This document shows, piece by piece, positions 1-10,700 of a DNA stretch of 64,000 bases. The stretch spans positions 1,472,001-1,536,000 of the forward strand of contig OZ245033.1 of NCBI GenBank assembly GCA_965224025.1. The letters run 5' to 3'. The position numbers were made by a program, and so were the translations under genes. The stretch's first letter is position 1, and each line of letters starts with the position of its first letter. Origin of the DNA: Candidatus Multivorans sp. GTDB taxonomy: Bacteria; Acidobacteriota; Thermoanaerobaculia; Multivoradales; Multivoraceae. The notes beneath the pieces are model-generated. The model had not been told where the DNA came from. It was given only the letters and a program-made list of their open reading frames with translations, and searched no databases.

Positions 1-644
1 CCCCGGTACGGCAGCGCCAGCACCAGGGGCTTGCCGACCCAGACGTTCAGATGGCCGCTGAAGACGCCCTCGTCCAGAGCGTCGCCGCGGCTCCGCTCGA
101 TCTCGACGCCGTACAGCTTCAGCCGGCGGTCGAGCAGCACGGTGCCGACCCGGAAGCCGAGCCGGAACTCGGCGCCGATCTCGAAGCGGACGTCCTCACC
201 CTCCATGGCCTCGAAGCGGCCCTGGCCGAGCAGCCGGTAGCTCGTGAAAGCCAGCCAGTTGGCCAACTCGTCTGTGAGTTGCGCGGGCAGTTCGGATCGC
301 GGGTCGCCGCGGCCTCGGCGCGACGCTTCGAGAATGAAGATCTCGAACTCGATCTGACGGCGGGGGTGGTCGAAGTCGCGCAGCAGAGCCAGCAGGTGTT
401 CGAGGACGCTGCTCGCGTCCCTCAGCACGAGGGTGTTCGTCGCACGTTGCAGTTCGATCGTGCCGTGAGGCGACATCTCGCTCTGCATCCACTCCAGGGC
501 GTCGTCGGCGCGCTGATGCTGGAGCGTGAACGCATGGCGGATCTGCGTCTCGGCCTCCTGTTGCGCGGCGACGGAGACCGGGAGCAGCATCAGGGCGGCC
601 ACGGCCCAGGCGATTCGGGCGCCCGCGGAAGACGCCGCCGTCAT
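1..644 (-). CDS. Exported protein with a secretin N-terminal (NolW-like) domain; runs off the window start
   Basis: Manual translation from ATG 644 (overlaps upstream TGA): signal-like MTAASSAGARIAWAVAALMLLPVSVAAQQ, then FTLQHQRADDALEWMQSEMSPHGTIELQRATNTLVLRD...LLRDFDHPRRQIEFEIFILEAS; open to position 1. Confidence 0.6.
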   Translation of the reverse strand, partial: MTAASSAGARIAWAVAALMLLPVSVAAQQEAETQIRHAFTLQHQRADDALEWMQSEMSPHGTIELQRATNTLVLRDASSVLEHLLALLRDFDHPRRQIEFEIFILEASRRGRGDPRSELPAQLTDELANWLAFTSYRLLGQGRFEAMEGEDVRFEIGAEFRLGFRVGTVLLDRRLKLYGVEIERSRGDALDEGVFSGHLNVWVGKPLVLALPYR

Positions 645-1195
645 GGCGCGATCTCCGTGACCACGAGGACCACATCGAGGTTGGAGGCGAGGCCGTCGCC
701 GGGGAGTTGGAACACACGCATCGGCTCGTCGCCGAGCGGCTCCACGAGCGGGGCCATGGCGATATGGGCCGGGAGACTCAGTTCGGACCCCAGGACATCG
801 CCGGCCGGCGGCGCGGTCTCCGGCCATAGCAGGAGACTCAGGCCGAGCGCCGCGGCCGCGGCGCCCGCGGCCAGCACCGACGCGAGGGGCATCCGGCGGC
901 GGGCGGTACGCGCCGCGTTGAGCCGCCTTTCCGTGGCGCGTCCGTCGAGTTCGAGCCGGACCCGCTTGCGGAGTTCGTCGACATCGTGGGCCATGTCGGT
1001 CCGGTCACGAGCGCCGTTGAAGTCGCCGCTGAAGATGAGCAGCGGATCGACCTGGAGCGAGACTACGCGGCAGTTCCCGCAATCCTCCCGGTGGCGGAGG
1101 GCGTCTTCCCAGGCGCGGTCCACGCCCGCGGCGCTCCGTTCGGCGTGCTCGCGCTCGCGTACGAGCGCGGCCCAATCCGGGCAGGCGGTGGTCAT
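641..1195 (-). CDS. Putative anti-sigma factor (zinc-binding HxxxCxxC plus one TM helix)
   Basis: HREDCGNC motif; TM segment VLAAGAAAAALGLSLLLW; 4-bp overlap with the ECF sigma gene. Confidence 0.7.
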   Translation of the reverse strand: MTTACPDWAALVREREHAERSAAGVDRAWEDALRHREDCGNCRVVSLQVDPLLIFSGDFNGARDRTDMAHDVDELRKRVRLELDGRATERRLNAARTARRRMPLASVLAAGAAAAALGLSLLLWPETAPPAGDVLGSELSLPAHIAMAPLVEPLGDEPMRVFQLPGDGLASNLDVVLVVTEIAP

Positions 1196-1878
1196 GAGCG
1201 TTCCTCGATCCCGGCGTGCTGGACCCGGGCGTGTTGGGCGTATTCGGGGTACCGCTTGAGCAGTTCCTTGCGGAGTTGCCGGCGGCTGTTGAACAGATGG
1301 TTGCGGACGGTAGAGGGGCGGATGCCGAGGATGCGAGCGATCTCCTTGCCCTTCAGCCCCTCCATCTCGCGTAGAACGAAGACCGCGCGCTGCTTGTCGC
1401 TCAGCGTCGACGCCAACTCCAGGAACACGGACTTGATCTCTCGTTCGGACAGCTTCTCGAGCTGGCGGGCGAAGGCTTCGCCGCTCTGGTGCTCGTGCTG
1501 CAACTGGAAACCCTGCAGCGAGCGGATGCGGGACGAGCGGGAGCGCAGGTGGTCGATCGCGAGGTTGGAGACGATGCGGTAGATCCAGGTGTTCGGGCTG
1601 TAGCGTTGGTCGAAGCGTCGGCGTGAGTCCCAGATCCGCAGGAAGGCGATCTGCACGATGTCGCGCGCGTCCTCCCGGTCGCCCACCATGCTGGTCGCCA
1701 GGTGCAGCAACTGGGCGCCCTTGCGCCGCATCAACTCGTCGAGCGCGAGTTCGTCGTCACTGCGCATGCCCTCCAGCAGTTCGACATCGGACGCCTCGGA
1801 CCACGCCACCTTGCGCTGACGGCGCGAGTAGGCGATCGTCAGACCGCTCCGTGGAGGATCTTCGCGTGGCGGTTCCAT
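1192..1878 (-). CDS. ECF RNA polymerase sigma factor
   Basis: DARDIVQIAFLRIW, WIYRIVSNLAIDHLR, region 4 RAVFVLREMEGL..EIARILGIRPSTVRNHLF; start uncertain. Confidence 0.92.
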   Translation of the reverse strand: MEPPREDPPRSGLTIAYSRRQRKVAWSEASDVELLEGMRSDDELALDELMRRKGAQLLHLATSMVGDREDARDIVQIAFLRIWDSRRRFDQRYSPNTWIYRIVSNLAIDHLRSRSSRIRSLQGFQLQHEHQSGEAFARQLEKLSEREIKSVFLELASTLSDKQRAVFVLREMEGLKGKEIARILGIRPSTVRNHLFNSRRQLRKELLKRYPEYAQHARVQHAGIEERS

Positions 1879-2070
1879 GCGGATAGCTTGCGCGGATCTC
1901 ATGCCTCGCTGTTGATACGGAGGCCCGGGGCAAAGCGTCCAAAGACCGCGCTCGGAGGAACCTGGAACGCTCTCCGCCCGACCGCGACGACGACTGGAGG
2001 CAGCGGAATTATACTCCCGGACCGGTGCGGTCCCGATCAGACGCCTCGTCTCCGACCGCTCTTCCAAGGC

Positions 2071-3351
2071 ATGTGGTTCCTCTACCAGCTCGCGATGGCG
2101 GCAGGGCTGGGCGTGGCGGCGCCGGTGCTGCTGGCCCGGCGAGGCCCTCACTATCTGGAGACCCTGCCGGCCCGGCTTGGCCGGCTGCCGGAGGCCCGAG
2201 GGGTGCGGCCGCTGTGGCTCCACGCCGCTTCCGTCGGCGAGACCGCGGTCGCGGCGACCCTGGCCCCGGCCCTGCCTGCTGACCTCGATCTGCTGGTCAC
2301 GACCGTGACGCCCACAGGTCAGGCAGCAGCGAAGAAACTGTTCATGCCGCTGGCCACGGGCGGCCGCAGTGTCGTCGTCACCTACCTGCCGTTCGACCTG
2401 GGTCCGCTGGTGTCCCGGTTCCTGGACCGGTACTCACCGCGGGCCCTGGTGCTGCTGGAGAGCGAACTCTGGCCGCTCGTGCTGCGGAGTTGCGGCCGGC
2501 GCGGGATCCCGGTGGCGGTACTCAACGCCCGCGTCAGCGACCGCAGCTTCGTCCGCATGATGCGCGGCGGGCGTCTCTGCCGGCGGACGCTGCTGGATCC
2601 GGTCAGCCGCTTCGGCGCCCGGAGTTCTCAGGACGAGGATCGGCTGCGGCGCCTGGGCGCTTCGGGGCAGGCGGTATCGCTGACCGGCAACCTGAAGTTC
2701 GACGCTCCCGAGCCGGCCCCGGTCGCCGGCCTGGAGCAGACCCTGCGCCGGCTCGCCGCCGGCCGGCCGATCCTGGTCGCCGGCTCGACCATGGCCGGGG
2801 AGGAAGGAATCGTCCTGGATGCCTTCGAGCGGCTCGGGCGCGAGGCGGTGCTGGTTCTGGCGCCCCGCCATCCCGAGCGTTTCGACGAAGTCTGGCGCGA
2901 GGTCGAGCAGCGATCCCTGCCGGCGCTGCGCCGGAGCAGGATGCAGTCGGCAGGAATGGGTGAGCCGCCGGCCGCGCCGGTTCGAGTCGTGCTGCTCGAC
3001 TCTCTGGGAGAACTCGCCTCCATCTATCGGCTGGCGTCCGCGGCCTTCATCGGCGGCTCGCTGGTGCCGACCGGCGGACACAACCCGATCGAGGCCGCGC
3101 GCTTCGGCGTGCCGGTGATCGTCGGCCCATCGATGGAGAACTTCCGGCGCATGGCCGGCGACTTCGAGGCCGCGGGCGCCCTGGCCGTGGTTCGGAACGG
3201 CGAAGCCCTCGCGTCGGCCTGGCGCCGCCTGCTGGACCGGCCGGGCGAGGCGGCGGAGCAGGGCCGGCGGGGGCTTGAGATCGTCGACCGGAACCGCGGC
3301 GCGGTCGAACGGTCGGTCGAACTGCTCGGCGGGCTGGTGGACCTGGGATGA
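2071..3351 (+). CDS. waaA: 3-deoxy-D-manno-octulosonic acid transferase
   Basis: LWLHAASVGE, YLPFD, ESELWP, NARVSDRS, TGNLKFD, APRHPERF, GGSLVPTGGHNPIEAA. Confidence 0.95.
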   Translation: MWFLYQLAMAAGLGVAAPVLLARRGPHYLETLPARLGRLPEARGVRPLWLHAASVGETAVAATLAPALPADLDLLVTTVTPTGQAAAKKLFMPLATGGRSVVVTYLPFDLGPLVSRFLDRYSPRALVLLESELWPLVLRSCGRRGIPVAVLNARVSDRSFVRMMRGGRLCRRTLLDPVSRFGARSSQDEDRLRRLGASGQAVSLTGNLKFDAPEPAPVAGLEQTLRRLAAGRPILVAGSTMAGEEGIVLDAFERLGREAVLVLAPRHPERFDEVWREVEQRSLPALRRSRMQSAGMGEPPAAPVRVVLLDSLGELASIYRLASAAFIGGSLVPTGGHNPIEAARFGVPVIVGPSMENFRRMAGDFEAAGALAVVRNGEALASAWRRLLDRPGEAAEQGRRGLEIVDRNRGAVERSVELLGGLVDLG

Positions 3352-4351
3352 AGGTGGTCCGCGGTCCCTGGCAGCGCTTCTACGGCTGGGCGCACGGCCG
3401 GCGCCGGCGCTACCGGGCGGCGCGCGCGGAAAGCCTGGGTCGGCCCACGGTGAGCGTCGGCAACCTGCACTGGGGCGGCAGCGGCAAGACTCCGACGGTG
3501 GTCGCCGCCGCGCGGAGTCTGAACGACGCGGGCCCCTCCGGCCCCGATCTTCGCGTGGCCGTGCTTTCGCGCGGTTACCGCCGGCGGGGCAGCGCGCCGC
3601 TCGTCGTCAGTCTTGGCGAAGGCCCCCTGGTCACCGTCGAGAAGGCGGGCGACGAGCCGCTGATGATCGCCGAGCAGGCGCCGGGCGTAGCCGTCGTCGT
3701 CGGCGCCGACCGCCGGCAGCCGCCGCTCTGGCGCTCAGCCGCGATCCGGCCATCGATGTCTTCGTCCTCGACGACGGCTTCTCCCATGTCCGGGTGCGCC
3801 GCGATGTCGAGATCCTGACCTTCCCGGCTTCAGACCCGTTCGCTGGGGGTCTGCTCCTGCCGGGTGGCCGTCTGCGTGAACCGCTGGACTCCGTACGTCT
3901 CGCCGATGCCGCCGTGCTCACCGATCTCTCCTCCGGTTCCGCGCCGCCGAACGACTTCGAGCCGACCCTGCGCCGGCACGACTTCAAGGGCCCGGTGTTC
4001 ACTTCGACGCTCCGGGCCGAAGTCGTAGGCGGTCGGCTACCCAGCCGCCCCCTGCTGGTCACCGGCGTCGCCCGCCCGGAGCGCGTCGCCCGCACCGCGG
4101 CCGCCGCGGGCCTCGAACACGTGGACCACCTTCGCTTCCCCGACCACCACGCTTACCCTCCGCGGTCGATCCGAGCGATCGAAGCCGCCTGCGCCCGCCA
4201 CAGGTGCGACGGTGTTGTCACGACCTCCAAGGACGCGGTCAAGTTGAGTGGCCGGTTGCCCGAAGGCGCCGCGCCGGTGGTGGAACTCAAGGTAGAAGCG
4301 TTACTTGACCAGGAGTTCTTGCCTTGGCTGGTGAATCGCCTAAAGGGCTGA
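3348..4351 (+). CDS. lpxK: Tetraacyldisaccharide 4'-kinase, frameshifted near 3715
   Basis: SVGNLHWGGSGKTP, LSRGY and GDEP in the 3348 frame; LDDGFSH, LLPGGRLREP, FPDHH and TTSKDAVK in the 3275 frame; one extra G at CGG-CAG joins them. Confidence 0.9.
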
Positions 4352-4436
4352 GCCCCGGGCGGGGCGAACAGTCGTCATACGATGTCGGTAACGGCTGCTT
4401 GAGGTGCGAGCAGCCTCGGGATCGGAGATCATCGCG

Positions 4437-4724
4437 ATGGGTGCCCAACTGAACTTGCGGATTGACGCCGAGCTCATGAGGAATCTCCAAGTCGAGGCAA
4501 AGCGTCTGCATCGGTCCGCCTCTCATCTTGCCGGCGAGGCCATCGAGGTCATGCTGCGCAACTGCGCCGAGAAGCGCGCGGCCATGCGAGCGGCGCTCGA
4601 GGAAGCTGAAGCGGGAGAGTTCGTGTCCGAGAAGGCGATGAAGGACTGGGTGTCGTCTTGGGGAACCGATGCGGAGGACCCGCCTCCTGAGCCCGATGTG
4701 TTTCGCGGCTCGCGTGATCGGTGA
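4437..4724 (+). CDS. CopG/ribbon-helix-helix antitoxin
   Basis: LNLRID..., C-terminal EAEAGEFVSEKAMKDWVSSWGT..EDPPP; overlaps the toxin start. Confidence 0.8.
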   Translation: MGAQLNLRIDAELMRNLQVEAKRLHRSASHLAGEAIEVMLRNCAEKRAAMRAALEEAEAGEFVSEKAMKDWVSSWGTDAEDPPPEPDVFRGSRDR

Positions 4725-5029
4725 GACTTGTCTTCCTGCCGTTGACCCGCGCCGACTTGGCGTGGATGCGGAACTACTACGCCCGGATCTTTCCCGACGG
4801 CGCGAGGCAGGCGACAGACAGGTACTTTGGAGCATGTGAGGCGCTCCGCGGCCGTCCGCACGTAGGGCGCCCTGTCGAACGTATGCCGGGGGTACGGGAA
4901 CTCCTGGTTTCACGTACGCCGTTCTCGTTCCTCTATCGCGTCGTGGATGATCGAATCGAAGTGCTGCGCGTCTGGGACCAGCGCGGCGACCGTGCGAAAC
5001 TCCGTTCGACGGAACCTCCCGGGAGGTAG
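4721..5029 (+). CDS. RelE/ParE-family toxin
   Basis: LVFLPLTRADL, PHVGRP, VRELLVSRTPFSFLYRV, IEVLRVWDQR. Confidence 0.88.
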   Translation: MRLVFLPLTRADLAWMRNYYARIFPDGARQATDRYFGACEALRGRPHVGRPVERMPGVRELLVSRTPFSFLYRVVDDRIEVLRVWDQRGDRAKLRSTEPPGR

Positions 5030-5045
5030 GCTGGGCCGCGATCCG

Positions 5046-5993
5046 ATGCACACCGATCCGGACGCGGCCGTTCGAGCCGCCGCTTTCGCCGAGCTTGAAC
5101 GCCTGGTCTTGACGCATGGCCCCAGGTTGCCCTGGAGGTTGATCGACAGCGGTTTCCTGTTCGGTGGTGAGAAGGTCCATTTTGCCGGCCGTGCTGTCGG
5201 CATCTTCAAGCCGAGACGGATGAGTGCAGCGCTCAGTATCAGGACGGTGGCGCCCAGGGCCGGCCGAAGGACCTGGTACCGCGATCAGGCCGGCCAACCG
5301 GACTACCAGACTGGACTGCTTGCATACGACCTCGCCCGTGGCGGAAGGCGGGACTACACGAATCAGGCACTTGACGAGGCCCGACGGCGACACGCGCCGT
5401 TGGTCTATCTCGTCGGCGTTGGGGATGCCATCTACGAACCGATCTGGCTGGTTTGGGTGGAGGAACTTGACTACTCCGCCGGTCGTGTTCTGCTGGCTGC
5501 CGCTGACTTTCTCGAACCGACGATGAGTTCGATTGAGGCGGCGCAGGCAGGAAGCCAGGCTTCCGCCAACGAGCTTCGGGAGCGGTCCTACTCGCTCGTC
5601 GTGTCGAAGCGTAGGAATCACCAAGCTTGGTTCAGTAGTCGTACCAAGTCGGCGTACGGCCATCGTTGCGCGTTCAGCGGCCTTCCGTTGCCACGACTAT
5701 TGGTAGGCGCCCACATTCTCCCGGACGCTGAGGGTGGACCGGCGGCGGTAACCAACGGCATCTGCATGTCGACTCTCCACCACACTGCGTTCGATACGAA
5801 CCTGATCGGAGTCGACACGAGTTGTCGCGTTCACGTTGCGAGATCGGTCAGGGATGGGCGAGACGGTCCGTTGCTCAAGAGTTTGAAGGGGCTCGACGGC
5901 GCGCCGCTGCGTTTACCTGATCGAGCACAAGACCATCCCGATCGAGACTTCCTCGATTGGCGTTTCCAGCGCTTTCTCGAAGCCGCGGATTGA
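5046..5993 (+). CDS. HNH endonuclease, putative restriction endonuclease
   Basis: AYGHRCAFSGL..LLVGAHILPD..VTNGICMSTLHHTAFD..LIGV, C-terminal PDRDFLDWRF. Confidence 0.85.
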   Translation: MHTDPDAAVRAAAFAELERLVLTHGPRLPWRLIDSGFLFGGEKVHFAGRAVGIFKPRRMSAALSIRTVAPRAGRRTWYRDQAGQPDYQTGLLAYDLARGGRRDYTNQALDEARRRHAPLVYLVGVGDAIYEPIWLVWVEELDYSAGRVLLAAADFLEPTMSSIEAAQAGSQASANELRERSYSLVVSKRRNHQAWFSSRTKSAYGHRCAFSGLPLPRLLVGAHILPDAEGGPAAVTNGICMSTLHHTAFDTNLIGVDTSCRVHVARSVRDGRDGPLLKSLKGLDGAPLRLPDRAQDHPDRDFLDWRFQRFLEAAD

Positions 5994-6183
5994 TCGGCGC
6001 CGATGAACGCACCACGGCTCTAGATTCCTTGAACGGGCGTCACCTTTGCAGTTGAGGCAAGTTTCAGCCAGAGCCATGCATCGATACGTCGCCTGCAGGG
6101 GACAGCGGATGCCGCAAGGACATGCTCGTCGGTCTGAGGCGAAGCCTCGCTAGACGGGTTCAGCGGAGTTACACAGCCCAGCA

Positions 6184-7593
6184 TCAAGCAAACGACCGGC
6201 CCCCGATCACGGCCCAGATGATCCACAGGATCGCGATCGGGCAGACGAACCGGAGCAGCACACCGCGCCAGATCGGGTACCACCGGCTGACCTCGCCGTG
6301 GCCCCGGGCGAGTTCCTCGCGCGACTCGCGGCTGCTCAGGAACCAGCCGATGAAGAGCGCCATCATCAGGCCGCCCAGTGGCAGGATCCAGTTCGACACG
6401 GTGTAGTCCATCGTGCCGAAGAAGCCCTCCGTGCGTTCGCCGAACGGGGCGAAGGAGGAGAGGGCGCCGCTGGCGCCGAGCGAGAGGGCGGAGGGGATGC
6501 CGAAGGCGAAGATGGCGCCGCCGGTGACGAGGCAGGCCTTGCGGCGGCTGAAACCGCGACGGTCGATCAGGTAGGAGGCGACCGTCTCGAGCAGGGAGAT
6601 GGTCGAGGTCAGGGCGGCAAAGGCGACGAGCAGGTAGAACATCGGCGCCAGGACCACGCCCAGGGGCATCTCGTAGAACATGCGCGGCAGGGTGGTGAAC
6701 AGGATAGTGGCGCTCTTGCCGAAGGTGGTCGCCCGCTCGGCTGCGCCGACGCTGAAGATGATCGAAAACATGACGATGCACGCCATGATCGCGATCAGGG
6801 TGTCGAGCAGGCTGATCGCGGCGGCGCTCTTGGGGATCGACTGCTTCGATGTCATGTAGGAGCCGTAGGTGAGCATCGCGCCCATGCCGACCGAGAGGGT
6901 GAAGAACGCGTGCCCCACCGCTTCGAGCAGCCCGTCGGCGGTGATCGGGCCGACGTGGAAGAGGAAGCTGATCGCCTCGCCGAAGCCGGGGCTCCAGAAC
7001 GAGTTGGCGACCAGCAGGATCAGGATGGCGCCGAGCACCGGCATCAGGAGCTTGGTGACGCGCTCGATGCCCTCGCGAACGCCCAGGGTCACGACGCCGA
7101 CGGTGACCGCCATGAACAGGGCGTGGAAGCCGATCTGGAGCGGCCCGTTGGCCAGGAAGCCGCCGAAAGCCTCTCCCAGCGCCTGCCCCTCCATGTCGAA
7201 GCCGCGAACCGACCAGCTCAGGCACTGGCCGAAGTAGTAGACGGTCCAGCCGGCGATCAGGGCGTAGTAGGAGAGCAGGATGAAGCTGCCGGTGACGCCG
7301 AGGGCCCCGACCGCGCCCCAGGCTCGGCCGCCCAACGTGTTCTTCGCGGCCTTGATGAAGGCGCCGACCGGACTCTGACGCGTACGGCGGCCAATCACGA
7401 GCTCGGCCATCATGATCGGCAGGCCGATCAGGGCGATCGCGACCAGGTAGACGAGGACGAAGGAACCGCCGCCGTTCTCGTAGGTGATGTACGGGAACTT
7501 CCAGATGTTGCCGAGCCCGATCGCGGAGCCGACGGCGGCGAAGATGAAACCGAGTTGACCGAACCTGCCGCGTCCGCTGGAGCCGTTTGCCAC
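6184..7593 (-). CDS. Sodium-dependent transporter (NSS/SNF family)
   Basis: AAVGSAIGLGNIWKFPY..GGGSF, AFFTLSVGMG..TYGSY; GTG start with a purine-rich RBS. Confidence 0.95.
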   Translation of the reverse strand: MANGSSGRGRFGQLGFIFAAVGSAIGLGNIWKFPYITYENGGGSFVLVYLVAIALIGLPIMMAELVIGRRTRQSPVGAFIKAAKNTLGGRAWGAVGALGVTGSFILLSYYALIAGWTVYYFGQCLSWSVRGFDMEGQALGEAFGGFLANGPLQIGFHALFMAVTVGVVTLGVREGIERVTKLLMPVLGAILILLVANSFWSPGFGEAISFLFHVGPITADGLLEAVGHAFFTLSVGMGAMLTYGSYMTSKQSIPKSAAAISLLDTLIAIMACIVMFSIIFSVGAAERATTFGKSATILFTTLPRMFYEMPLGVVLAPMFYLLVAFAALTSTISLLETVASYLIDRRGFSRRKACLVTGGAIFAFGIPSALSLGASGALSSFAPFGERTEGFFGTMDYTVSNWILPLGGLMMALFIGWFLSSRESREELARGHGEVSRWYPIWRGVLLRFVCPIAILWIIWAVIGGRSFA

Positions 7594-7664
7594 GCTAGTC
7601 CCCTCCCCTTCGCGCTGTCGCCTGGTGGCGGCGGTCACCATGAGCGCTCCGCCTGCCGCCGAGG

Positions 7665-7769
7665 CTATGAGCCTGCGCCGAAGAACGTAGCGGAGCGAGG
7701 GCTGAGGCGCAAGCTCATAGGGAGGTGGGGGCTGGGGCCAAACACGGAGCTGCGACGGGTTTGGCGGCG
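7665..7769 (-). repeat. Palindromic repeat family 1, copy A (head plus hairpin tail)
   Basis: Reverse complement aligns with 11433-11538; stem ctatgagc...gctcatag. Confidence 0.85.
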
Positions 7770-7786
7770 GCGTAGCGGAGTCGGCG

Positions 7787-10700
7787 CTACGGCCGGGCCG
7801 AAACGGCAAGACCGGAAGCCGTCGCCCCTCGGAAGGGTGACTCCGGCCCCACGACCCGCGTCAGCCACTGCTCGCGGTAGGCGTCGATTTCGGACGTCCG
7901 GGGATAGCTCTCGCCGGGCGCGAATGGGTAGCCGGACATCGCCTGGAAGGGCAGGGGCAGGTTGCTGTCCGCCTTCCAGGTGTTGCGGTCGGCGTCCTTG
8001 TCCCAGCCGAAGCTCTCAAGGAAGACTGTGCGGGTGTAGCCGGGCTTCGGCGGCTCGAGGCCGCGGGCATCGAAGAGCAGCCGGATTTCGTCGCCCGGAC
8101 CGATCACGACCAGCCGGTCGTCGACGGCGGTCAGGAGTTCGCTTACGTCGCCGAAGCGCGTGTACCGGCCGGGGAAGGGCAGCCACGGGGACTCGGTGCT
8201 CGTGCGCTGGTAGTCGAACAGGTGCGGACCGTTGGGGGCGGGCCTGGTCAGCGTCGAGAACCCGCGGTAGGCCAGATCCGCCGTGGCCGCGTCGAGGCGG
8301 GCCTGTACGACGACGACGGAACCGTTGACCCCGCCGATGTCCGCGCTCCAGGCGACCCGGTCCCAGTGCAGCCAGCGGGTGGTGACGATCCGCAGCCTGG
8401 TGGCGCCCGCGGGCAGCGGCGGCGTGTCCACCACCATCGTCTTCGTCTTGCCGGGAGGGAAGCCCATCGGGTCGAGCAGCGTCCGCCAGCCCTTCGCGGT
8501 TTCGACCTCGAGCCGGGTAATGACCATCTGCAGATCGCCGTACTCCACCGCCTGGGCGATCGCGAGATTCAGGCTGGCGTCGGCGGGAAACACCCAGCCG
8601 TCCAGCCACAGCCGGATGGGCCTCCCTGGTGCTTCACCCAGGTCGAAGGTGAAGGCCCAGGGCTCGGCGGCGTGGCCCTGGTAGCGCGAGCGTTCGTAGC
8701 CGTCCGCGTAGACGTCGTCCCGGGCGCGGACCCGCTCGGTCACGTCGCGGCCGCGGCCGTCCGATGCGTGGACGATCGGACGGATTCCGGTGCTGGCCAC
8801 CACTTCGTCGGGCGGCCGGCCGATGTGCCCCCGGCCGGGCACGATCCTGAGGTTGCTGGCGACCGCCACGTCGTCGCGGTGATCGACCACCCAGAGGCGC
8901 GCGCGGTCGATGTAGGCGGCTTCCCACAGTTCCTCCGTGATCCGCAGGTCGTAGAAGCCGTCGCGTGGGGCGGCGCCGTCGACCCGGACCAGTTCGTCGG
9001 GGTCGTAGCCGTTCCAGACGCGGTCCGCGAGCGGCATACCCAGCGGTGCGCCCCACAGCAGGTCGGTGACGAAGGTGATCTTCTCGCCGTCCCAGGTGTA
9101 GAGGAAGGGGCAACTGCCCTTGAGCACCTGTTCCTCGACGATGGTCATGTTCTGGCTCGGGTCCAAACGGTTCTGCGGTACGCCGTTGGCCCACACGACA
9201 CGGATCAGATCGGCCTGCCGGCGGTTGCCGAGGCCGATGTGGGTGATTGGGCGCTCGACTTCAAAGTACTGGTACGCCCGGCCGGACTTGACCTCGATCG
9301 TCGTGCCGCGGCCGAAGACGTTGTTCTTCTGGTTGGCCACGTCGAGGCCGACCAGGCGAACGCGCAGCCAATTGTTCTCGGAGCCGTCCAGGTTCTCGAT
9401 CCGGTAGAGGCCGGTGGCGCCGGCCGCGACCAGGTCCTGGTCGCCGTCGTCGTCCAGGTCCTCGGCGCGGATAGCCGTGAACTGAGGGTTGCGTGGCAAA
9501 CCCATGACCCGGGCGAGGCGGAAGTCGAGCGCCTCCGGGCCGGAGTCCGAGGTCTGGGTGAGCACCCGCAGTTCGCCCCCCGCGACCAGGGCAAGATCGA
9601 GCCGCCCATCGTTGTCGGCGTCGAGTAGGGCGAGGTCAGTGGCGCCCTCCGGCAGTGCGACCGAACCGGGGGCCAGGGGGAAGGGAGCGACCGCCCCGTC
9701 TTCGTCGCGCTTCAGGATGAGCGTCGAATCGCCGGCGAGCAGGAACTCGGGACCCCCGTCGTGGTCGAGGTCGGCGGTTCGTACGACGCGCACGGGCGCT
9801 TCCGTGGTCAGGGCGCTCGCTGCCGGCTCGTCGGCGCCGACCAGGCTGATCAGCCTCCCGAGCAGACCGCGGCTGGGAGCGGGCGGGGTTCTCTCCGCGA
9901 ACTGGCCCTGGCGGAGATTGGCCAACCACAGGACACCTTCGTCGTGGGCGAGCAGCAGGTCGGTGTCGCCGTCGCGGTCGGCGTCGGTGGCCTGGAGGTG
10001 GTGGTAGGAGCGCGCCTCGACTTCGGGCAGCGCCTGCCGTCCCAGGGCCTCGAGCGGCCCTTCGAAGACCTCTTCGCCCGACACGTTCCGCAGCAGATCG
10101 GGCACGCCGTCGGCCTTGGCCACGGCGAGATCGAGGTCGCCGTCGCTGTCGAAATCGATCAGGTCGGCCGCGGTCACTGCCAGCGAACTCGCCAGGAACC
10201 GGTCGCTTGCGTCCCCGAACTGCGGCGTGTCGTCGACCTGCCAGACGGCCAGGTGATCGCCGATCGAGATCAGGTCGAGTTGCCGGTCGTTGTCGGCGTC
10301 GCCGACCAGGAGGATCTGGGCGTCGGTTTCGGGGGCGGCGCCCGGTGTGGCGTATCCGGTTGCCGCTTGCCGCAGAACCAGCCGGTTGGCTGAACTGTCC
10401 GCGCCGCCGCTTGACGCTGCGCGCGCGATGTCGGGCCGGTCGTCGCCGTCGAAGTCGGCGACTTCGAGTGCTCGGCCCGATGTCGGCGCGTTGTCGATCC
10501 GAGTAGCCCGGAAGCGGGCGGGATTCGCGGGGCCGAAGTCCTCGTTCGGTTCCTCGTCTTCGAAGTGTTCGACGGGAATACCTGGGATGTTCGTGTGGAT
10601 CTCGGCGAGGCTGCTGCGCCAGCCTGGAGTGTCGACCAGCACGTTCTTGACTCGTGGAGCGAGCCGTTGGGCAAGGTCGAGGTCGTTCGCCTCCAGCGCG

